Assembly (NCBI GenBank): GCA_964016885.1
Contig: CAXHJY010000184.1
Span: forward strand, 682,001 to 746,000
DNA from: Eledone cirrhosa
Taxonomy: Eukaryota
Length of the DNA: 64,000 bases
Reading direction: 5' to 3'
Part shown: piece by piece, positions 39,081 to 50,625 of the stretch
How the letters are laid out: each line of letters opens with the position of its first letter
Numbering within the stretch: position 1 is the stretch's first letter
The notes under the pieces: generated by a model
Database searches by the model: none
What the model was told of the DNA's origin: nothing
Seen by the model: the letters and a program-made list of their open reading frames with translations, nothing else
Made by a program: the position numbers and the translations under genes

Positions 39081-40335
39081 ATATTACTACAACTGTCACT
39101 TGCAATGGAGTATGACTTGGTAGCATGTATCATGCTTTCACTAAGGGTTTTAAGTGGTCATTCAGTTGTAAACAGACACATTCTTGGCCAGGAATCTCAA
39201 ACTTGAAGACTCAAAAGGGCCATTAGGGAGAGGAACAGCTGGTCAAAAGTGAGATGAGGTATGATGTGATATCCACCAGTTATAACACTAATCTATAATA
39301 CAGTTGATATGTTGCTATTTATATATATATTACATCAAAATAAATATACATATGATAGTAAGTGGGGTATGGGAATTAGTACAAAATGGAGAGAACAAAT
39401 TTTTCATTTCAAATTTTCCTTAATTCCATTTTAACTTCTAGTAAATTCCAATGTTTCCAATTTATTGTATTTCATGAGTAAATTACAATAAATATCAAAA
39501 CAGAGACAACAGAATTATTCTGTCACAAAACATAGAAAAGTAATTTACAAGCAGTGTGTTTGAAACCCCTGGTATCAACCCTTAGAATGTGAAGCCTAAA
39601 AGAGAGAGAGAGCTGCACCAGCAACAAACTGATATTTTATCGACTCCGAAAGGATGGAAGGCAAAGTGTACCTCAATTCACACTTGAAACTCGAAGCACA
39701 GGGAGAGAGCTTCCAAAGGAACAAAAGAAAGAAGAATCAGTTTATGAGATGAGAGTGTATAATTGTTGTTTTGTTCTTTAAGGAAGTACATGTAGTTCTT
39801 TCTTAATTCACTTTCTCTGCCTGTGAGAAGAAAAAAGCCCTTTATGTTGCGAGAGAGCTGCTTGTATTAAGTTGGTGTCTTATTGAAAAGATTGATTGAA
39901 TATCATCTTAGGGCCATGAAACTGGAGATAAGAACACAGGCTCCCACGCATGTATAGAGAGAGAGGGGGGTGAGGTGAGAGGGGTGAGAGAAGAGGGGTG
40001 AGAGGGGGTGAGGGAAGAGGGGTGAGAGAAGAGGGGTGATAGTGGGGTGAGGGAAGAGGGTGAGAGGGGGTGAGGGAAGAGGGGTGGGGGGAGAGGGGGG
40101 TGAGGGGAGAGGGGGTGAGGGAAGAGGGGTGAGAGGAGGTGAGAATACAAGAGAGAGAGGAGGAGGTGAGGAAATGCAAGAGAGATAGAGAGACTATGAA
40201 TGAATGAGAAGAAAACACACAAAGGGAGAAAAGGAAAGATTGAGAAAAGAATGAAACAAAGAAAAAAAGTGAAGGAGTGGTACATAGATATAAAAGAGAG
40301 GTGGGGGAGACCTCGCCCACATTCAAATTTGAAGC

Positions 40336-40593
40336 ATCCCGTTCCGCAGTGGCAAACCCCTCGTCTGGGATGCCACTTGCACCGACACTTTCTGCAGTCT
40401 GCGACTAACCCAGGTTCTGCTGCACGTCAGGCTAAGGAGGCCAAACTCTCCAAGTACCAGTCGCTCTCCGACAGGTTTGCGGTTGTACCCTTGGCAGTGG
40501 AGACTTCTGGTGTCCTTGGCCCTATTCACCATCATAGGTGCTGAGCTGGCCACGCGAGTTGGAGTGGGTGTCTTCCTTGCCGTCTGCCGGGAC
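40336..40593 (+). mobile_element. Fragment of a CRE/NeSL-like non-LTR retrotransposon restriction-like endonuclease domain
   Basis: IPFRSGKPLVWDATCTDTF, then a frameshift, then SATNPGSAARQAKEAKLSKYQSLSDRFAVVPLAVETSGVLGP...SLAVCR. Confidence 0.75.
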
Positions 40594-41710
40594 TGTGGGG
40601 GTGGGGTGGGGGTGGGGGTGGGGGGGGGCATCAATATGATTGACTGACTTATTTTATCAGTCAGATGATCCATGCTTTTCCATTAACTTTGGTTCATGAT
40701 ATGAAATAGCAGTAGAGTGACAAGTCTCAAGAAATATGAAAACTAAAACAGTAATTTAATGACATGTAGCATACCTAGACATTTTAAAAATAAAAATTGA
40801 TTTTTTTTTTTCTAAGCACAGAGCCCCCGCCCCCTTAGATTCTGGAATTTGCCATTTGTCTAGGAAAAAATAACACTACTGTGTTATTTTTTCCTAGACA
40901 GTAATCTTGCGAACAAATATCGTCCGCACCCTGCATATATATAATGAAGAAAAAAATAAAGTTAACAATTTAAATCCACTCTCTAATTTCTGTGCATGTT
41001 TCTGTACAGTTGACAATGGTACATGCATATGTAAATAAGTATGTGTGTGTGTGTGTGTGTGTGTGTATGTATATATATATATATATATACATACATACAT
41101 ACATACATACACATTTATGTATTTGTCCTGCAAGACATGTGAAACCATATGTTGAAACCAATAGTTATATTTGGGGAGGGGAGTTATGTTGCCAATATTG
41201 CCAATAGAAAACAAGACGAAATGGAGTAAGAGATTAAGACCAGAAAGAAAAAGAGGCACAAAAGAGAACAAATAGTCATTGAGGAGGTCACGATGTGTGA
41301 CAAAAGAAATTCGCCAAACTAACCAAATTAATTGTTTCTACTTTTGGCACAAGGCCAGCAATTACCCCAGCACATTACTGGTACTTTGTTATCTATCCCC
41401 GTAAGGATGAAAGGCAAAGTTAACCTTGGTGGGATTTGAACTCGGACCATAAAGGGCCATAACTACGCTACAAAACATGGTGTCCAATGCTCTACTGATT
41501 CTGCCAATCAATCAAATAACTAATAATAAAGATAGCACGAGTCATAAGTAACAGGGCAGTCCAACATTCATATTCCAAATGATATTTACTAAAATTCTGG
41601 CCATCAGTATAACAAATACATCTAAACAAAAATAGTTAAAAAAAGTGTTTGAAAAGCTGACCCTGTTCCTCAATACATTATGTCTCACCAAGTGTATGTG
41701 TCATAATGAC

Positions 41711-41711
41711 T

Positions 41712-41805
<94 letters not shown>

Positions 41806-41818
41806 AAGAGAAAGAGAA

Positions 41819-41912
<94 letters not shown>
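41711..41912. repeat. (AG)n microsatellite
   Basis: Long (AG)n with aaag interruptions. A similar purine tract lies at 45390-45750. Confidence 0.95.
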
Positions 41913-41914
<2 letters not shown>

Positions 41915-42331
41915 TGTGTGTGTGTGGTGATATATATATATATCACCATTTAATGTCCATTTTTTCAAGCTAGCCTGGCTTAGATGAGTTGTCCCCTTCT
42001 GAGGCAAATCAGATCAGGTGACCATGCCTTACAGAACTGTTTCTAACAGGATTTAAAATCAAAACATAATGAGAGGTAACTATATGCTACAAAGCACGTT
42101 GTCCGATGCTCTACCAATTCTGCGATAACACACACACGTCTTATTAGTCAAAGAAAGAGAAAAAGGATAAATTTTATTTCATCTCCCTCCCAAGATGTTA
42201 TCTACAGAATTGGTATTTTTTCTTCAGCATTTATATAAGAATGAAAGGCAAAGTTGACAAAGCCCCCCCCCCCCCACACACACACAATAACACTATGCCA
42301 TAAACCACGTCAGACACTACCAATTCACTCC

Positions 42332-43478
42332 CGGTGGATTGGCAGTATCGGTAGAGGGTCGGACGCAATGCTTTGCAGCAAAGAGTTACGGCCCTTTATG
42401 GTGCGAGTTCAAATCCCGCCAAGGTTAACTTTGCCTTTCATCCTTACAGGGTCGATAAAATAAAGTACCAGTAATGTACTGGGTAATTGCTGGCCTTGTG
42501 CCAAAAGTAGAAACAATTATTTTAAAATAATGGTTTCTGATTTAGGCACAAGGCTAGCAATTTGGGGTGGGGGCAAAGTCTAGTAAATCGACCTCAGTGC
42601 ATTACTGGTACTTTATTTTATTGACCCCTGTAACTCAATGTCACAAAGCATGGCGTCCGACGCTCTACCAATTCTGCCAATACACAACCCTATTATACCA
42701 ATAATAATTGTTTCTACTTTTGGCACAAGGCCAGCAATTATCCCAGTGTATTACTGGTACTTTATTTTATCGACCCCGTAAGGATGAAAGGCAAAGTTAA
42801 CCTCGGCAGGATTTGAACTCAGAATGGCAAGGGCCGTAACTATGCGTCAAAGTATGGCGTCCGACCCTCTACCGATACTGCCAATCCACCACCCTAACAT
42901 GGTGTCCGACCCTCTACCGATACTGCCAATCCACCACCCTAACATGGTGTCCGACCCTCTACCGATACTGCCAATCCACCACCCTAACATGGTGTCCGAC
43001 CCTCTACCGATACTGCCAATCCACCACCCTAGCATGGTGTCCGACCCTCTACCGATACTGCCAATCCACCACCCTAACATGGTGTCCGACCCTCTACTGA
43101 TACTGCCAATCCACCACCCTAACATGGTGTCCGACCCTCTACCGATACTGCCGACCCTCTACCGATACTGCCAATCCACCACCCTAATATGGTGTCCGAC
43201 CCTCTACCGATACTGCCAATCCACCACCCGAACATGGTGTCCGACCCTCTACCGATACTGCCAATCCACCGCCCTATTATACAAATAATAATAATTGTTT
43301 CTACTTTTGGCACAAGGCCTGTAAAAAAAACCTCAGTGTATTACTGGTGCTTTATTTTATCATCGACCCCGTAAGGATGAAAGGCAAAGTTAACCTTGGT
43401 GGGTTTTAAACTCAGACCATAAATGGTCATAACTAAGTTGCAAAGCATGGCGTCCGACCCTCTACTGATACTGCCAAA
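42332..43478. mobile_element. Cluster of four young tRNA-SINE copies (one +, three -)
   Basis: Repeated ggattggcagtatcggtagagggtcggacg...gagttcaaatcc...tttcatccttacggggtcgataaaataaagtaccagtaa...ggccttgtgccaaaagtagaaacaattatt. Other copies at about 34485, 36460, 41330, 44155 and 62885. Confidence 0.85.
42855..43272. repeat. 45-bp tandem array, about 9 copies, equal to the SINE 5' end including the A box
   Basis: Unit atggtgtccgaccctctaccgatactgccaatccaccaccctaac, the source of the 15-aa periodic ORFs. Confidence 0.93.
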
Positions 43479-45672
43479 TAATAATACGACTACTAAATTA
43501 CTGTCAGACATTACAGACACTAACAATACCACCAATACTACCAATCCACTGCACCTTTATAATAAATAATAATAATAATACAACTAAATGAGATTAAAAC
43601 AAAATTAGTCACTCAGCTATCGTCTTTTCCCCACTGCATAATTATTTTGAATTAGATTTTACAAGTTCATTGGATTAGATATGTTAATACTAACTTAGCT
43701 GTTGTTTTTGCATGCAGATGAGTAATTAATAGTATTGATTTTTGTTTTGTTTTGTTTTTAAATAGTCATATTAGTTTAAGGCAGTGAATTGACAGAGTTG
43801 TTAGAACATTGGATAGACTGTTTTGTGGTATTTAGTAACGACTTACTATGTTCTGAGTTCAAATCATGCTGAGCTCAACTATATATGTTGCTCTCAGAGT
43901 TCAAATCCAACCAACTTTGACTTTTATCCTTCCAAGGTTGATAAAAACAATTAACCAGTCTAATACTGGGGTCGATTCTTCTATATCTCTTTCTCACTTC
44001 CTTTCTCTCACTCTCCTTCTCTGGAAGAAATTGGCTGTGTTCAGACCTTGAGAAGGGACAGGCTCAGCCAGGTTTTTAAAAAAATGCCTAAGAAACATTG
44101 TGAGTCATTAGGGCACCCCCTATGACTCCACTAGAAGTTATGGATCCATATAAATAATTGTTTCTACTTTTGGCACAAGGCAAGCAATTACCCAGTACAT
44201 TACTGGTACTTTATTTTATCGACCCTGTAAGGATGAAAGGCAAAGTTAACCTTTATAATATTAGTTTAACATTACTGTTGTTGAGCCTGAGACCCTCCCA
44301 GGTCCAGCAAGTCTTTACATATATCCAAAGAAAGGATGTATGTTCCTGTAACTCCTGAAGGAGTCGTAGAGGTGCCATATTGACACACAGCATTTCTAAG
44401 GCATTTATACCTGCTGGAGCCCATCTCCTCTCCAGGTTTTGCTCATATATGTGTATGTGTGTGTATATATATATATATACATGCATACATATATCATATA
44501 TTGGCATCAGTTGGATGGGATGTTTTGGGACAATGTTTTACGGTCCTTATTGGCCCTTACTGATGCCAACAGTTTTGGGTCAATGTTTTACAGTCCTTCC
44601 TGGTGCCAACAGTGTTGGGACAATGTTTTACAGTTCTTATTGGCCCTTCCTGGTGCCAACATCTTTAGTCACTTCTTATGACATGCAGAGATACAGTGTT
44701 CCTTTTCTAAACCAGGTACAGGCGACATTAAAAATATATTTAAAGAATGTAATAACAAACCTAGATATTTTTTTAAAATTGTATTTTCGCTATAAATGTG
44801 TGTAGTGTGTGTGGTGGGTGGCGTGTGGGGTTTAAAATTCAAAATAGGGAGTGTACAGGACAAAGACAATGGAAAAACAACAGAAAGATGGACAGTCTCA
44901 TCTCCTCAGTCAACTTCTGGAAATTACAACAGTTTCGGTTATTTAAAGTCAATACCATTCATACCAATGCACATTGGGACATAAAACAGGTAGTGCCCCC
45001 AACTTTCTATTTTGAAATTATATTCTAAAAGACTTAGTCATGCAGGCTTTTCAATATAATCAATAATCAACCCCAGTATTTGTCTGGTACTTTATTGACC
45101 TCAGAAGGAAGGCAGGCAAGTTGACTTTGGCATGATTTGAACTCAGAGCTCAAGGAACTGTAAGAAATACTGCCACTGTCAATATATCACCCGTAATGTA
45201 TAAAATATTGATTCCTACTTGAGGTGCAAGACCAGTAATTTGGGGGAAGTTTATATCTACCCCAGTACTTGACCTCAGAGGAATTTAAAACAAGAATGTA
45301 GAAGGATGTAACAATATGCTGAGAGAAAGAGACGTGTCATACAAATCTTGAAAACTTAATAGGTTAAACGAAGGACAGAAAGAGTAAGTGAGTGAGAGGG
45401 AGAGAGAGAATGACAGAGAGAGGGAGAGGGAGTGAGTGAGTGAGAGAGAGAGATTGAGAGAGAGTGAGAGAGAATGGCAGAGTGACAGAGAGAGAGGCGA
45501 GGAGAGAGAATGGCAGAGTGACAGAGAGAGAGGCGAGGAGAGAGGGGGAGAGGGAGAGAGAGGGAAAAAGGGAAAGAGAGGAAGGGAAAGGGAAAGAGAG
45601 GAAGGGAAAGAGAGAGAGGGGGAGGGGGAGAAAGAGAGAGAGTGAAAGAGAGAGAGAGAGAGAGAGAGTGAA

Positions 45673-45707
<35 letters not shown>

Positions 45708-45924
45708 AAGAGGAGGGAGAGAGAGGGTGAAAGAGAGAGAAAGAGGGGTAAAGTGAAGAAAAGATATGAATTAAGGAGTGTTATGTCAGTAGAAAAACAA
45801 ATATACTTGAACTAAATAAGAAAACATTAGAAATAGAAACTACTTAGATAGGATTCATCATCACCGTTGTCATCATTATCACCACCACCATCATCAACAC
45901 TGACATTACCACCACCACCGCCGC

Positions 45925-46380
45925 CATTCCATGCTTACATGGGTTGGACAGGTTCTTCTCAGCACAGCATCTCTCTTCTTGTCACATTCCTTCGTCATCT
46001 CTGCCAGCCTTAGCAATTTGAGGTCAGCTCTCAACCTCTGCCCAGCTCTTTCTTGGTCTATTTCTACTGCGGTTTCCTTCCACTGGGATTTCCTGGCACT
46101 TCTTCACCCATCGATCATTGTCCAGGTGCATCACATGAGTCCATACCAACGGTCTCCTGCACCACACCATCTTGGATTCCCCTTAAAGACAGCTTCTCCT
46201 TCAACTCATCCAAACCCTGCCTTTCTCTCATACATTGTTTGCGAGCCACAGTCATATATACAGTGTGGAGCTGGATGGCACCGCTATGAGTGGGACAGGC
46301 CAGTTGGCTGCACCGAACCCATCTCACAGCAGAACCCTAGTTTTGAAGCTGCGACCAATGCTACTATATCTACTTGAATC
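45925..46380 (-). mobile_element. Old RTE-clade LINE 3' fragment
   Basis: Degenerate RERQGLDELKEKLSLRGIQ and a ccaacccatgtaagcatggaa tail. Confidence 0.65.
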
Positions 46381-46892
46381 TCCTACTCTGATTTAGCTTA
46401 AAATAACTTAACAGAAAACAAAAATGAATTCATTCTCACATCTGTTGGAGCTTCAGTATTAATTCTTCTTAACAGAAATATAACAATTAGTAAAGTATAT
46501 AAGGTCGGAGTAAGAGCAGTTGTGGTAACGACAATACCTTATGTCCTCGGTATAAAAAAATCAAGGGTGACAGCTGGTCTTCCACAAAAACATGTATGTT
46601 GACCCCAGTATTTTATTGAAATCCCAGTGGAGAGGACAGCCAAGAAAGGCCTGGGGAAAGGAGATGACGAAGGAACACGACTAGTGAAGACATGCTGTGC
46701 TCAGTAGGATCTGTCCAACCCATGCAAGCATGGGAAAACGGACATAAAAACGATGATTCCCCTGGAATGGTGAAAAGTAGAGCCGACCTTGGCATGATTT
46801 AAACACTGAACATAAGAGACAGTAATTAAATGCCATGAGAGATTTTGCCCGACGCTAATGATTCCACCAATCCTCAATCCTTAACCCTTTAC

Positions 46893-48670
46893 CATTTACA
46901 TTACTCTATATATACTACTGTATTTTCACAGTAAAGGCTTTACCTCACATAATATCTCATAACATTTACATTACTCTATATATACTACTGTATTTTCACA
47001 GTAAAGGCTTTACCTCACATAATATCTCACATAACATTTACATTACTCTATATATACTACTGTATTTTCACAGTAAAGGCTTTACCTCACATAATATCTC
47101 ACAACATTTACATTACTCTATATATACTATTATATTTTCACAGTAAAGGCTTTACCTCACATAATATCTCAACATTTACATTACTCTATATATACTATTG
47201 TATTTTCACAGTAAAGGCTTTACCTCACATAATATCTCACAACATTTACATTACTCTATATATACTATTATATTTTCACAGTAAAGGCTTTACCTCACAT
47301 AATATCTCACAACATTTACATTACTCTATATATACTATTATATTTTCACAGTAAAGGCTTTACCTCACATAATATCTCACAACATTTACATTACTCTATA
47401 TATACTATTATATTTTCACAGTAAAGTCTTTACCTCACATAATATCTCAACATTTACATTACTCTATATATACTATTATATTTTCACAGTAAAGTCTTTA
47501 CCTCACATAATATCTCACAACATTTACATTACTCTATATATACTATTATATTTTCACAGTAAAGGCTTTACCTCACATAATATCTCACAACATTTACATT
47601 ACTCTATATATACTATTATATTTTCACAGTAAAGTCTTTACCTCACATAATATCTCAACATTTACATTACTCTATATATACTATTATATTTTCACAGTAA
47701 AGGCTTTACCTCACATAATATCTCACAACATTTACATTACTCTATATATACTATTATATTTTCACAGTAAAGTCTTTACCTCACATAATATCTCAACATT
47801 TACATTACTCTATATATACTATTGTATTTTCACAGTAAAGGTTTTACCTCACATAATATCTCACATAACATTTACATTACTCTATATATACTATTGTATT
47901 TTCACAGTAGAGGCTTTACCTCACATAATATCTCACATAACATTTACATTACTCTATATATACTATTATATTTTCACAGTAAAGGCTTTACCTCACAACA
48001 TTTACATTACTCTATATATACTATTATATTTTCACAGTAAAGGCTTTACCTCACATAATATCTCACAACATTTACATTACTCTATATATACTATTGTATT
48101 TTCACAGTCAAGGCTTTACCTCACATATCTCACATAACATTTACATTACTCTATATATACTATTATATTTTCACAGTAAAGGCTTTACCTCACATAATAT
48201 CTCGCATAACATTTACATTACTCTATATATACTCTTGTATTTTCACAGTAAAGGCTTTACCTCACATAACATTTACATTACTCTATATATACTATTGTAT
48301 TTTCACAGTAAAGGCTTTACCTCACATAATATCTCATACCATTTACATTACTTTATATATACTATTATATTTTCACAGTAAAGGCTTTACCTCACATATC
48401 TCACATAACATTTACATTACTCTATATATACTATTGTATTTTCACATTAAAGGCTTTACCTCACATAATATCTCACAACATTTACATTACTCTATATATA
48501 CTATTGTATTTTCACAGTAAAGGCTTTACCTCACAACATTTACAGTACTCTATATATACTATTGGATTTTCACAGTAAAGGCTTTACCTCACATAATATC
48601 TCACAACATTTACATTACTCTATATATACTATTGTATTTTCACAGTAAAGGTTTTACCTCACATAACATC
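46893..48670. repeat. About 70-bp tandem array, about 26 copies, inside the piggyBac MITE
   Basis: Unit catttacattactctatatatactattatattttcacagtaaaggctttacctcacataatatctcacaa. One more unit follows the LINE at 54268-54330. Confidence 0.97.
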
Positions 48671-48878
48671 TCGTATACGAGAGACGTGTTGACGTGTGTG
48701 AACAAGCTCGGCTACCGAGTTGGATTTACTTACTCAAAAGTGAGTTTTGATTTATTGTTTTTGTACTGTAATATACGTTAACCCCTTGCCTGGGTCGTCT
48801 GACTTTGAGTTTATTTATTCTCGCCCCTTTTTGGGGCGAATTTTACATTTAAAAATTGATTACGACAAACTAATAGAA

Positions 48879-50604
48879 ATGGACGGAATTTTCACATCTC
48901 ATCCTAACGAGAAAGCCACGCCCCCTAAGAAAGGTGATACAGAGAAGCTAGAAGCACAATGCTCTAAGTCTTCCCTCCTCACTTCTGCAAAAGAAACATG
49001 GAACACGGAATTAAAAGAAAAATTTGTAAAAATGGGTGAAAACCCAGAAAGTCACAAACGCAGACAAAAACAACAATGACAATAACAGCACGACCAACAA
49101 CAGCAATAGTCACAACACCAACCAAGAAAAAAAGGGAAAAAAATAACGATAACACCAAACAAAGCGAACCCACTACTGTTGCCTCCTTTGCACAGGCGGT
49201 CCGAAAAACACAGACCTGCAAGCAACTGGACATTAAAACTCTGAGAGAAAAGATGAAGGAAGCAAAACAGTATGTAACTTTCAAAGAAGGAGGAGTCTTT
49301 ACAATCACCTCCCCACAAGAAATCAAAAGAGACACGACACTAAGAACGATATCTTTCAGAACAATTTCCAACATAACAAGGAAACCAGCTCAATTATCCC
49401 AAAAAGAAATTGAGCTGGTCCTAAAAAATGTGTGGAGTGATATATCGTTCATACAAAAAGGGCCACTCTATGGGAATATAATGGTGCTAATGAAGGATCA
49501 ATTGACGGCCAGGAAATACTCTGTGGCGCCAATTGTTTCCAAGCTACACACATTTTTCCCCACATATTTAGGGAAAAGAACGCAAAAAATAAGAGTCTCC
49601 GGAATCCGGTCAAATGCATGCATTTCCTGGGTACTAACAGGATTTTTAGAAGACGAGGATGGAATCCTCTCAGTAGGAGAAGTCACCACAGACGTTTTCG
49701 GCGGTTTGAGCGTAGAGGTTCTGGTCCAAATGAGACCAGAACGAATAGCTAGAATACCACAGAGGGTGTCCCTCGATGGAGAAACATTTATATACATTTC
49801 AGCCGAGGGTAGGAGGCCCATATGTTACTACTGTTCAAGCAGGGGTCATCTAAGGGCTGCCTGTCCTCAATTGACAAAAAGGCTCTTTTGCCTACACCCC
49901 ACACACCACCACCGCCACCACCACCACTACAACAAAAACAACACAGAAAAATAACACAAGACACGGTCCCACCCAAAACAACTCCCAAAACACACACAAA
50001 CACAACAAAACCCCAAAATACACCACTACCCGACAGCACGGACGAGGACCCAGCTGAAACGGCACCTAGTGACGAAGAGAGAGAACCCTTCCAACCTGTA
50101 AAAAGAAAAAAAAGAAAACACCACACGAACATAAACGAAACAAACACACAACCAACAAAAACAAAACAAACAGAACAAACAAAATCCACCCCACCCCAAA
50201 ACATAACACATACAACAAAACGCAAGCACACACAAGAACAAACAAACACAACACAAATAAAACAGTATACATACATTAACACAAATAACAAAGAACTAGT
50301 AAAAACAATACACAAAGACCCTTCGGTGGAAACTGAAGGGCAATTCTTTGCAAGCGCGGCCAACAAACCGCATTTAAAAATGATAAGACTCCCAATGGAC
50401 ACCTATGCAAAACTAAGAGAGAACTTTCCTGAGGACATGGGGAAAACATGTACTCGACCCTATAACCGCGTCCTCTTCAAACGTTTCCCCACCCACACCT
50501 CACCAAACACCCCCACCCCACCACAGAACAACACCCCACCAAACAACCCCTCCAATACGCCCATGGATATTGTGCAACCTGCTCCTCAGGAGCCGAACAG
50601 GTAG
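48879..50604 (+). pseudogene. LINE ORF1 (gag-like nucleic-acid-binding protein), 2 frameshifts
   Basis: Joined from ORFs 48747.., 49076.. and 49822... Zinc knuckle CYYCSSRGHLRAAC (CX2CX4HX4C) followed by a P/T/K-rich tail. Confidence 0.85.
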
Positions 50605-50625
50605 GTCCTTCCTCTTTTAACCAAC

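Noticed and set aside
41678-42007. SL and ER dipeptide ORFs (also 45436-45730)
   Set aside because: (AG)n microsatellite translations.
42824-43288. 15-aa repeat protein (MVSDPLPILPIHHPN)n
   Set aside because: By-product of a 45-bp SINE-head array that is open in several frames.
46420-46520. Hydrophobic minus-strand peptide LLIVIFLLRRINTEAP as the ABHD2 N-terminal exon
   Set aside because: No start or acceptor support, donor phase incompatible, and it lacks the CP.L motif expected before the YIP exon.
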